This document shows, in pieces, positions 7,958 through 16,828 of a DNA stretch of 56,009 nucleotides. Origin of the DNA: an uncultured Staphylococcaceae bacterium. Lineage in GTDB: Bacteria; Bacillota_I; Bacilli_A; RFN20; CAG-826. The DNA lies in contig CAZZGL010000003.1 of the NCBI GenBank assembly GCA_964654155.1, positions 1 to 56,009 on the forward strand, in the 5' to 3' direction. Numbering within the stretch: position 1 is the stretch's first letter; the number at the start of each line of letters is the position of its first letter. The notes under the pieces are model-generated. The model worked only from the letters and a program-made list of their open reading frames with translations. It did not search any database and was not told the origin of the DNA. Both the position numbers and the translations under genes were made by a program.

Positions 7958-8653
7958 TTATAACTTATTTATTACTAAATATGCATTAACTCCATCTGCT
8001 TCTAATGTTAGTGTTCCTGTAACAGTTATTAATCCTAAAGCAATTGTATTATTTTCATTTAATGTTCTAATTGTTTTATAAGTTACTACATATTTATTAT
8101 CTTCTAATTTTGTATTAGTATTTGTTACATTAGTATCATTAATCAATAAACCCACAACTGCATCAACTGGAGCTTCCGCACTTACCATATATTCAATTTC
8201 ATAAACTCCTGTTTCTGTTATTGTTATAACGCTATCAGCAACAGTAATTCCATTACTTTCAATCAAAGTTAAAGGAATCGTTCCAGTCTCCGTTTGCGTT
8301 ACTGCAGTTTCATTTTGTAATGAAGCATAAAGAGCTTCTTTTATAGGAATAACAAAATCAAGAATGGCATTTGTTTCGGTCCCAACATTAGTAACTGAAG
8401 CTGTTTCTCCTGTTGTAACTGTTCCAATAGTAATTGTTGCCGCTTCTCCTGTTGCCCCTTGTGGAATAACAAAGTTTAAAATAGCATTTGTTGAAGTTCC
8501 AACATTTGTAACTGTCGCATCAGTACCTGCTTCTCCTGTTGTAACTGTTCCAATTGTTATTGTTCCTGCAGGACCAGTCGCACCTTGTGCTCCTGTAGGA
8601 CCTCTTAAAGCATAACAGCCATTTCCATTATAAATGCAATTACTGCAATTCAC
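7958..8653 (-). CDS. Collagen-like (GXY) protein with two ~40-aa repeat modules and a BclA-C-terminal (C1q/TNF-like) type domain
   Basis: N-terminus is Cys-rich (NCSNCIYNGNGC), followed by GPTGAQGATGPAG. The module GATG..TITIGTVTTGE..TVTNVGT.TNAIL.FVIP occurs twice. The C-terminal ~125 aa is beta-rich (GVYEIEYMVSA...TLTLEADGVNAYLVINKL). GTG start, 11 nt after AGGGGAG. Confidence 0.6.
   Translation of the reverse strand: MNCSNCIYNGNGCYALRGPTGAQGATGPAGTITIGTVTTGEAGTDATVTNVGTSTNAILNFVIPQGATGEAATITIGTVTTGETASVTNVGTETNAILDFVIPIKEALYASLQNETAVTQTETGTIPLTLIESNGITVADSVITITETGVYEIEYMVSAEAPVDAVVGLLINDTNVTNTNTKLEDNKYVVTYKTIRTLNENNTIALGLITVTGTLTLEADGVNAYLVINKL
8342..8584 (-). repeat. Tandem in-frame coding repeat (two units, 42 and 39 codons)
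   Basis: Unit A covers aa 24-65 (8459-8584) and unit B covers aa 66-104 (8342-8458) of the collagen-like protein. They are near-identical at protein level and clearly similar at DNA level. Confidence 0.8.
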
Positions 8654-8734
8654 TATTTATCAATCTCCCCTTCTAGTGACTACAATAAAATATGACTTTA
8701 TACTATTTTGTTTCATAAACTTTCAATAAATAAT

Positions 8735-8774
8735 TAAAAGAACTCATGATAATTATGCTTTTATCATAAGTTCT
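8735..8774 (-). terminator. Rho-independent terminator of mtaD
   Basis: Minus strand reads AGAACTTATGATA-loop-TATCATGAGTTCT (13 bp, one mismatch) followed by TTTTAATT. Confidence 0.6.
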
Positions 8775-8788
8775 ATTTTTAAATAGTA

Positions 8789-10078
8789 TTAATTACTATG
8801 TTTTACTTCATCTTTAATTCGATTAGTTATTTCTTGGCATTTCTTATATAACTCTTCAACATCTTCATTTATGAAGAATTTCCCATTCTCATAAAGAATT
8901 CTACCATCAACCATGGTCATAATAACATTTTGTTTAGAACCACTATAAACAATATTTTTAGCAATATTATTAATTGGTTGCATATTAGGAAGATGCAAAT
9001 CAATCATAATGATATCAGCAAGTTTATTCACATCCAAGACATCGGCATCATCTAATTTCATTGCCTTTGCTCCACCGACAGTGGCCATATGTAACACTTT
9101 TAATGAATCCATCGCACTAGCATCATTAGATAATAATTTTTGAAGTCCTGTAACTAAAAACATTTCTCTAAACATATCCAAGCAATTATTACTTGCCGGT
9201 CCATCAGTTCCAATTGCCAAATTTATATTATATTTAGTCATTTTCTCAATTGGCGCTATACCACTAGCAAGTTTTGTGTTTGATCCAGGACAAGTTATTA
9301 TCGAAACTTTTCTTTTTTCCATAATTGCTAAATCTTCATCATTAACAACAACACAGTGATAACAACCCCCACCATAATTAAATAAACCTAAATCATCAAA
9401 TAATTTTGTTGGAGTCTTTCCATATCTTTCTTTACATCCATCAACTTCAGAGATAGTTTCACTAGAATGTGTATATACCGGCTCTTTTAATTCATTAGCT
9501 AAACGAGATAATTCCTCTAAAATGGAATAGTCCGTTGTATATTCAGCATGAAATCCTAATCTATAAGTCACTCTAGAAGAAAGTTTATTTAAATTAACAA
9601 AATTATCTCTCATTATTTGAACTGATTCCGTAAAATTATTAACGCATCCTAAGATAACAGTTCTAAAGCCTGTATCAATTGCCGCTTTTGCAATCATCGC
9701 AGGTTGCATATACATATCAAAATTTGCGGTTATCCCACTTGTTAAATACTCAAGAATAGCTAATTTTGCTAATTCATAAATATCGTTAGGAGTTAATTTT
9801 TCTTCAGCAGGAAACACTTGGTCATATAACCAATCATGTAAAGAAAGATCATCAGCATAACTTCTTAAAAATGTCATTGCAGAATGAGTATGAGCATTTT
9901 TAAATCCTGGCATTAATAGATTACCTTTACAATCAATTACTCTATCAAAATTTTCATCGGTATCAATTGGTTCACCTACATAAGTAATACGATTATCACA
10001 AACATGCAATTCACCAAAATAAATATCCTCATTTTCTTTCATCGATAAAATTCTTGCATTTATAAATCTTATTTTCAT
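8789..10078 (-). CDS. mtaD: Amidohydrolase, 5-methylthioadenosine/S-adenosylhomocysteine deaminase-like
   Basis: PGFKNAHTHSAMTFLRSYADDLSLHDWL metal-binding motif, HSSE and GTDGPASNN motifs, 429 aa. Confidence 0.65.
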   Translation of the reverse strand: MKIRFINARILSMKENEDIYFGELHVCDNRITYVGEPIDTDENFDRVIDCKGNLLMPGFKNAHTHSAMTFLRSYADDLSLHDWLYDQVFPAEEKLTPNDIYELAKLAILEYLTSGITANFDMYMQPAMIAKAAIDTGFRTVILGCVNNFTESVQIMRDNFVNLNKLSSRVTYRLGFHAEYTTDYSILEELSRLANELKEPVYTHSSETISEVDGCKERYGKTPTKLFDDLGLFNYGGGCYHCVVVNDEDLAIMEKRKVSIITCPGSNTKLASGIAPIEKMTKYNINLAIGTDGPASNNCLDMFREMFLVTGLQKLLSNDASAMDSLKVLHMATVGGAKAMKLDDADVLDVNKLADIIMIDLHLPNMQPINNIAKNIVYSGSKQNVIMTMVDGRILYENGKFFINEDVEELYKKCQEITNRIKDEVKHSN

Positions 10079-10094
10079 ACTAACTTTCCTTTCT

Positions 10095-10148
10095 AAAAAA
10101 CATAATAGGGCGTTAATAAATAATTAAATTACTTAACAACCCTATTAT
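10095..10148 (-). terminator. Putative terminator of the pullulanase gene
   Basis: Minus strand reads ATAATAGGG...(29 nt loop)...CCCTATTAT followed by GTTTTTT. The large loop lowers confidence. Confidence 0.4.
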
Positions 10149-10166
10149 AATTAATTTAATCTTTTT

Positions 10167-13019
10167 TTAGGCAATCGATTCTTTTTTTCTTATTAGAACT
10201 GAAGTAACTAAAGCAATAACACTAAAGAGCACAATAATATCTGTCGATGTTTTTGCACATCCTTTAGAAGAAGCTTTTTTAATTGAATTTGCATTAACTA
10301 ATACTACTGATTGATTAAACTTTAACTTAATACTTCCTGTTACAACTTCCGGATTTTTAGCAATACCATTTTCATTAAATACAACTTTCCATTTTCCTTC
10401 AGGAAGATCAAATGTAGCAACTTCCGCCACATTATGAATAATAATCATATCACCATAAGTATCATTATCATTTTGTATACGATAGATAATCGATGTTTTA
10501 TTGCTTGTATTATTATCATCAATAAAAGTTAGTTTTTCAGAGATTTCTTCTGCAGATGTTAACTTAAATGATTCATGTTCAGCACGGAATTTATATAAAT
10601 CTTTATAGTAATTAAAGACATCATTATTTTCCGCTTTCAAATTCCAACGAACTTTATTAACACTATCTGGTGAACAATATGAATTATTATCATAAATTGT
10701 GCCAGAGCCAATTCCTTCTGCCTTTGGTTTAGAACGTAAGAATTCTTGACCTTCTTGAATAAATGGAATACCTTCTGAGAAGAAAACGATTGTATCTGCT
10801 TGCTTATTCATCATTCTAACTATTTCCCATTTTTCATCATACTTCCAAGAATTAGCATTTGTAGATAATCTTAATTTATCCCATAAAGTATTATTATCGT
10901 GACAGGAAACATAATTTATTGTTTGTGAAGCATCGTAAACATAATTAGATGCGGTCGCAAATCCTCGTTCAGTACCACCTGTAATTCCAAATTTAATGCC
11001 TCTATAGTAAGCATCGCTTTTAAAACTGATGCCATCAGCTTGAACGAATCCTGGAGTACTTGGTGAAGGAACTCTTCCAACAATACCATCACGTGTGTCA
11101 TCGTTAAAATAGCCTACACCACCTGTAATATTATCATTTTCATCTTTACTAACAATATACTTAACTGTGGCTTTATTTGTACCTTCTCCATCGGCTAAAG
11201 CGCTTGTTCCACCTGTCCAAGGTTCACCATAAACAAGAGTTAATGGATCGATTTCTCTTAATTGATCGTAAACCATTTGCATTGTTGTTTTATCAATCAA
11301 TTCCATTAAATCAAAACGATAACCAGACAAATTATATTCTGTATACAAGAATTCAGTTGAATCCAAAATAAACTTTCTTACCATCGGTCTTTCAGAAGCG
11401 ATTTCATTACCACATCCAGAACCATTAGAAAATCCACCATCAGATGTCATACGATGATAATATCCTGGAACAATAAATTGGAAATTTGAATTTGATGAAC
11501 GAGCTGTATGATTATAAACAACATCCATGTTAACTCTAATTCCTGCTTCAGTAAGCGCCATCATCATTTGTTTAAATTCCTTAATTCTAACAAATCCATC
11601 AAAAGGATTTGAAGAATATGAGCCTTCTAAACAATTGTAATTAAGTGGATCATATCCCCAGTTATAAGATGGTTCATCAACCGATTCATCAACAGTTGCT
11701 TGATCATAAAATGGCATAATTTGAATATTTGTAACACCTAATTCTTTTAAATGATCTAAACCCGTAGAATACTTAACACCATCTTCTTCATAATAAGTAC
11801 CACTTTCAGATAATCCTAAGAATTTGCCACTATTAGCAGGGGTTCCACCCCAAGTTTCATCTTTAGTATAATCTCTAACATGCAATTCATAAATATTGGC
11901 ATCAGAGCGTTTACTTATACTATCTGCGCGTTTTCCATATTCCCATCCTTCTGGATTGATTCGTTCAAAATCAACTATCATCCCTCTTATACCGTTAACA
12001 CCACACGCCTTTGCATATGGATCAATAGTCTCATTTGTACCAGCTGAGTTAGTTACAGTATAAGTATAGTATTTACCATGATAATCAGCATTTGCTTCAT
12101 AATACCAAACACCTTTATCACCTTTATTCATTTCAACACTTTTAATAATTTCATCACTTCCCCCATTATATGAAGAAGGAGTTCCAGAATTATATATATT
12201 TAAAACTACTTTTGTGGAGGTTGGAGCCCATAATTTAAATGTTGTTTTAGAATCATCTTCACTAACGATTGCCCCTAAATCATCACCTTCATAAGTAAAT
12301 GCATTTTTAAATTCTTCAGTATCATATAATCCAGCAGTTCCAATTGTGGCAACATAAGTTTCATTATTAATTGTCACTTCAAATTGCAATAACTTAGTTA
12401 AATCAACATTATCTTGTAAAGTTACAATAATTTCTTCATTACTCTTATTAACACTAAAATCAGTAATCGTTTTTTCTTTATCATCTTCTAATACTTTAAT
12501 GTTATCTTTAGTGAATGTTACATTACCTAAGAATACTTTTGCTTTTACTTTATTACTTGAAATCATATTTGCATTGCTAATTTGACCCGCTTTCGGAGCC
12601 ACAGTCAATGCCTCATTTGCCCCATCGATTAAATAAGCATGAAATATTCCTTCTGGGCTTGTTTCAGGGACACTAACAATAATATCACCTGATTGTTTAC
12701 TCCAATCTGGAAGTCGATAAATTAAGCCTACTTCTGTCGATTTAATATTATTACTTGTAAGACTTGTTAGCAAAATAGGATCTGTATAGCCTCCAAATTC
12801 ATCTGTATTAACAAATGATTTGGCTTGGCCATTTCCATTAGGAGTTTTACTCCAAATCCATAAATCCCATTTGCTATAATCACCATCAGATCGATGATAG
12901 TGAACTTGAATAGAGTGTGTTTCTTGTTCTAGCGCACTTGCATTAACAACTCCAACATTATGTGTGAGGGCACAAAATACAAACGCCAAAGAAACAAAGA
13001 AAATATTTTTCTTTTTCAT
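10167..13019 (-). CDS. pulA: Type I pullulanase (GH13) with N-terminal carbohydrate-binding modules, signal peptide and C-terminal TM anchor
   Basis: Pullulanase signature YNWGYDPLNYNCLEGSYSS; GH13 regions DVVYNHT, GYRFDLM, GEPW and YVSCHDN. N-terminal HYHRSDGDYSKWDLWIWS (CBM41/PUD-like). C-terminal hydrophobic helix plus RKKESIA. Confidence 0.85.
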   Translation of the reverse strand: MKKKNIFFVSLAFVFCALTHNVGVVNASALEQETHSIQVHYHRSDGDYSKWDLWIWSKTPNGNGQAKSFVNTDEFGGYTDPILLTSLTSNNIKSTEVGLIYRLPDWSKQSGDIIVSVPETSPEGIFHAYLIDGANEALTVAPKAGQISNANMISSNKVKAKVFLGNVTFTKDNIKVLEDDKEKTITDFSVNKSNEEIIVTLQDNVDLTKLLQFEVTINNETYVATIGTAGLYDTEEFKNAFTYEGDDLGAIVSEDDSKTTFKLWAPTSTKVVLNIYNSGTPSSYNGGSDEIIKSVEMNKGDKGVWYYEANADYHGKYYTYTVTNSAGTNETIDPYAKACGVNGIRGMIVDFERINPEGWEYGKRADSISKRSDANIYELHVRDYTKDETWGGTPANSGKFLGLSESGTYYEEDGVKYSTGLDHLKELGVTNIQIMPFYDQATVDESVDEPSYNWGYDPLNYNCLEGSYSSNPFDGFVRIKEFKQMMMALTEAGIRVNMDVVYNHTARSSNSNFQFIVPGYYHRMTSDGGFSNGSGCGNEIASERPMVRKFILDSTEFLYTEYNLSGYRFDLMELIDKTTMQMVYDQLREIDPLTLVYGEPWTGGTSALADGEGTNKATVKYIVSKDENDNITGGVGYFNDDTRDGIVGRVPSPSTPGFVQADGISFKSDAYYRGIKFGITGGTERGFATASNYVYDASQTINYVSCHDNNTLWDKLRLSTNANSWKYDEKWEIVRMMNKQADTIVFFSEGIPFIQEGQEFLRSKPKAEGIGSGTIYDNNSYCSPDSVNKVRWNLKAENNDVFNYYKDLYKFRAEHESFKLTSAEEISEKLTFIDDNNTSNKTSIIYRIQNDNDTYGDMIIIHNVAEVATFDLPEGKWKVVFNENGIAKNPEVVTGSIKLKFNQSVVLVNANSIKKASSKGCAKTSTDIIVLFSVIALVTSVLIRKKESIA

Positions 13020-13261
13020 TTAAAAATTTCCTTTCCTTTTGATATTTTTATTTTATCAAAACTATTATCAAAATAAAAGCAATTACATTATTTTATATTT
13101 TCTTTTTTTTGATAAAAAATAAGCAAAAAAAGTAGAAAATATATTTTATTATAAATGAAATAAAATCCTATAAATTTTATGAAACAATTATGTATTTTAT
13201 CAATTTTCTATTTATAGTACTTCTATATTTTTCTTTCTTGATTAATTTACAATTCTATCAT

Positions 13262-14719
13262 TTAAAGAAAACTATAGATCCTCACAATATTTGACTTTTT
13301 TCCAGAATCTTTTTTCTTTATCAATCCTTTTTCAAGCAATGATTTTAAAATAGTATTGCATTTTGTTTTACTACAAGAAAGATATTGTTCTAATTCATAC
13401 CTAAATATTTCTTTTTTTATTCTTATAAACTTTAAAGATTTCTCTTCATCTGATGACAAATTAGTTTCATCATCATGGGTTTCTATAGTCGTTTTTTTAT
13501 CTAAAAAAATAGTTAAATTTTGTTCTATCTGGATTAAAGCTTTCCTAAATTATTGGTTTGCAATATCCAAATGTTTTTATTGCGTGCAATATTGTTTGCA
13601 TTCCAGTGCCCGCTCTTTCACCAATTTTAATCAAACTAAATATTTTTAAAATTGTCTCATTTCTAGGATCGGTATTACCACCAGCAAACGCTTCTTCAAC
13701 ACTCATTCTCATACTACCAGGATTAGAAAACTCTATTCTATTTTTATACTTTTTAATTACAATCCCTCTTACACCATAATAATCAGCATTTGATAATGTA
13801 TTGCATAAAGCCTCTCTTAAAGCTCTATGCATTGAGGTATCATCTACTCTTTGAACACCTTCTAATTTAAAAGGAATAAATAAATCTTGAACTAATTTAT
13901 TATATACCTTAAAAAAGAAATCAAAAACATTCCCTCTCCAGTCACCAGATGAAGATTGTATTCTATCTATCCATCTTATTTCCGGTGTCTCTTCTCTATG
14001 ATCTTGATAATCTAAAAAATAATGACTAAATTCATCATTAATTCGATATTCCTTGCCAAACATTAATAATCCGGCTCTTGTAAGATGTAATTGTCCATCC
14101 AAACCTTTTTTGGCAATTCCTAAATTAAGATAAAACTGATCATCTGACATAGTTAAAAAAATATGACTTGGATTTGATGCTTTTAACATTTGTTTATAAC
14201 TCAAAATAGATTCTAATTTAAATCGTCCAATGAAAAATCTTCTAAGCATGTATTGTCAGTACTTTGATTACTTGAATCTTTAATCATCAAATCAATCTCA
14301 AATTTTGTACAATGATAATTCCCTTCATGATTTCTTCTATATGTTCCATTATATAAATTATTGTTAATATAAACAGGTCTTTCAAACCTAATTTGCTCTT
14401 CTTATTTTTATTAAAACAAAATCCCCTTGATATTTATCAATAAAAACATCCTTATCAACTAATATATTAATGCTTACCTTTTGAGTATTATTAATAACAT
14501 TCCAAAAGCACTTTTGCAATTCAATTACTTCACTTTCTGTAAGATTTGCAGATTCAAAACATTACTTTTTAATTCATCAATTCCTAAAACAATAGTGCCT
14601 CCATTCGTATTTGCAAATGCACTATAACTTTCCCATAGTGAGTTAGGTAATCCACCTTTTGCTTTTTTAAATTCAACCAAATTGTTTGCTTTTAATTCTA
14701 TAATATCCTTTTCAAGCAT
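13262..14719 (-). pseudogene. Frameshifted AlbA_2 (Schlafen-like) / HATPase_c_4 / wHTH 'putative DNA-binding ATPase' gene
   Basis: Three track ORFs plus two untracked frames together read as one protein. The pieces are: N-terminal [34 protein letters not shown]; then CFWNVINNTQKVSINIL; then ERPVYINNNLYNGTYRRNHEGNYHCT; then LTRAGLLMFGKEY...NPGSMRMS...GERAGTGMQ; and a C-terminal wHTH. At least four frame breaks are present. Confidence 0.75.
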
Positions 14720-14818
14720 ATTATCATTCCCTTTACAAAACGATTATATCAAGATAAATATACTTTTTAAGCTTAATTTGTTCGAACGCGGTCGAAAGTG
14801 TGCAAATGATTTATATGT

Positions 14819-15301
14819 TTATAATTCAGCTTTTTTTAACATAACTATCGAATAAGCTTCAATTGCTTCTTTTCTTCCAACTGCATCCATTTTTTCATTA
14901 GTTCCCGCTTTTAAAGAAATATTTTTAACATCTGTTTCAAGAAGAAAAGCAACTCTTTCTTTCATTTTTTCTATATAAGGAGCTAAATAAGGCACTTCTG
15001 CAGATATAAAAACATCAATATTGTTAATAATGTAACCTTGTTCTTTCATCATTTTTACAATTTCTATTATAAAATAAGAAGATTCTTTATTTTTAAATTC
15101 TTCATTTGTAGAAGGAAAATACTTTCCTAAATCCCCTAAAGCTAAAGCGCCAAGAATTGATTCGCCAATTGCGTGTAGAGCAACATCAGCGTCACTATGT
15201 CCATCTAATCCAAGTTCATAAGGAATTTCTATTCCACATAAAACTAATTTTCTACCTTTTATTAAAGGATGTATATCTTTTGAAAATCCTACTCTATACA
15301 T
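14819..15301 (-). CDS. ispF: 2-C-methyl-D-erythritol 2,4-cyclodiphosphate synthase
   Basis: RVGFSKDIHPL...GLDGHSDADVALHAIGESILGALALGDLGKYFP, 160 aa. Confidence 0.9.
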   Translation of the reverse strand: MYRVGFSKDIHPLIKGRKLVLCGIEIPYELGLDGHSDADVALHAIGESILGALALGDLGKYFPSTNEEFKNKESSYFIIEIVKMMKEQGYIINNIDVFISAEVPYLAPYIEKMKERVAFLLETDVKNISLKAGTNEKMDAVGRKEAIEAYSIVMLKKAEL

Positions 15302-15310
15302 ATTAATTAC

Positions 15311-16417
15311 CTAAACATTAAATCTAAAATGCATGATGTCGCCATCTTTAGCAACATACTCTTTTCCTTCAATACGAAGTTTTCCCGCTTCTTTGACCGC
15401 GGTCTCTGTTTTTAATTCAATAATATCATCATAATGATAAACTTCTGCTTTTATAAATCCTCTTTCAAAATCAGTATGTATAACCCCAGCACATTGAGGC
15501 GCTAACATACCAGTTTTAAATGTCCAAGCCCGGCACTCATCTTCACCGACTGTAAAAAATGTTGATAACCCTAACAAATGATAAGCACTTTGAATAACTA
15601 AATCTAAGCCAGATTCCTTTGCCCCAATTGCTTCTAAATACTCTTTCTTCTCTTCTAGTGGTAAACTTGAAAGTTGGAATTCAGTTTCACAAGATACTGG
15701 GATAGCAATCGCCTCTTCATTTGAAGCAATTTCTTTAACTTTCATAAAATATTGGCAATTATCAGGATTTGATAAATCTTCTTCTGAAACATTAGCGACA
15801 TAAATAACCGGTTTTAATGTTAAAAGGAAGAAATTCTTTTTTGCATATTGTAAATCTTCTTTACTAAGTTTTACCGATCTTGCAGATAGTCCTTTTTCAA
15901 GCGCGGATTTAATTTCATGAAGAAGAGTTGTTTCATAAACAGATTCTTTATCTTTAGAAACTCGCGCTTTTGTTTCAACTTTACCTAATCTTTTATTAAC
16001 AGATTCTAAATCCGCTAAAACGAGTTCCAAATTTATTATTTCAATATCACGAACAGGATCGACACTATTTTCAACATGAATAACTTCACTATTATCAAAA
16101 CATCTAACAACATGTACAATTGCGTCACATTCTCTAATATTGGCTAAGAATTGATTACCTAATCCTTCACCTTTACTTGCACCCTTGACAAGTCCTGCAA
16201 TATCATAAAATTCAAAAGTAGTATAAATAGTTTTTTTAGGATTAAACATTTTACTTAAGACATCTAATCGTGAATCAGGTACTGCAACAATACCGGTATT
16301 CGGCTTAATTGTGGCAAATGGATAATTCGCGGCTTCAACATTTGAATTAGTAATTGCATTAAACAAAGTTGATTTACCGACATTTGGTAATCCGACAATT
16401 CCTGCTTTATATGACAT
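15311..16417 (-). CDS. ychF: Ribosome-binding ATPase YchF
   Basis: GIVGLPNVGKSTLFNAIT, the TGS/YchF C-terminal region (RAWTFKTGMLAPQCAGVIHTDFERGFIKAEV), 368 aa. Confidence 0.92.
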   Translation of the reverse strand: MSYKAGIVGLPNVGKSTLFNAITNSNVEAANYPFATIKPNTGIVAVPDSRLDVLSKMFNPKKTIYTTFEFYDIAGLVKGASKGEGLGNQFLANIRECDAIVHVVRCFDNSEVIHVENSVDPVRDIEIINLELVLADLESVNKRLGKVETKARVSKDKESVYETTLLHEIKSALEKGLSARSVKLSKEDLQYAKKNFFLLTLKPVIYVANVSEEDLSNPDNCQYFMKVKEIASNEEAIAIPVSCETEFQLSSLPLEEKKEYLEAIGAKESGLDLVIQSAYHLLGLSTFFTVGEDECRAWTFKTGMLAPQCAGVIHTDFERGFIKAEVYHYDDIIELKTETAVKEAGKLRIEGKEYVAKDGDIMHFRFNV

Positions 16418-16471
16418 AATATATACACATCCTTTAACAACAATGAATAGTATAGCTTATTTTAACAAAAT

Positions 16472-16492
16472 AAAAAAGCCGTAAAAACGACT
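16472..16492 (-). terminator. Rho-independent terminator of csp
   Basis: Minus strand reads AGTCGT-TTTT-ACGGCT followed by T6. Confidence 0.6.
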
Positions 16493-16521
16493 TTCTTTGG
16501 TTCTTTATGCATTTAATTCTT

Positions 16522-16719
16522 TTAAATCTTACGAATGTTTGTCGCTCTTGGACCACGTTCTGATTCTTCGACATCGAATTCAACTGCTTCGCCTTGTTCT
16601 GCGGTCTTAAATCCTTCTGCAACGATTGAAGACCAATGGAAGAAAACGTCTTTTCCTTCTTCAGTACGAATGAATCCGAATCCTTTTTCAGAATTAAACA
16701 TTTTAACTGTACCCTTCAT
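16522..16719 (-). CDS. csp: Cold-shock protein (CspA family)
   Basis: [17 protein letters not shown]...VFFHWSSI carries the RNP1/RNP2 motifs, 65 aa. Confidence 0.92.
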   Translation of the reverse strand: MKGTVKMFNSEKGFGFIRTEEGKDVFFHWSSIVAEGFKTAEQGEAVEFDVEESERGPRATNIRKI

Positions 16720-16828
16720 AAACCAACCCGAAAACCTTTCTCAAATTATAAGAGTCATCTCTAAATTTGTAACTAAATATTAACATATCAAATATTAAAT
16801 TTCTATATATTTTATTAAAAAATCAATT

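Noticed and set aside
8342-8584. Considered whether the regular repeat here could be a CRISPR-like or non-coding tandem array
   Set aside because: It has only two units, they are in frame, and they lie inside a long ORF where they encode a duplicated protein module. No spacer-repeat architecture exists anywhere in the window.
16434-16783. Two ORFs (16434-16622 minus strand, 16535-16783 plus strand) overlapping the cold-shock gene
   Set aside because: The 65-aa CspA-family frame is unmistakable. The others are alternative-frame artefacts and one of them runs through the csp terminator.
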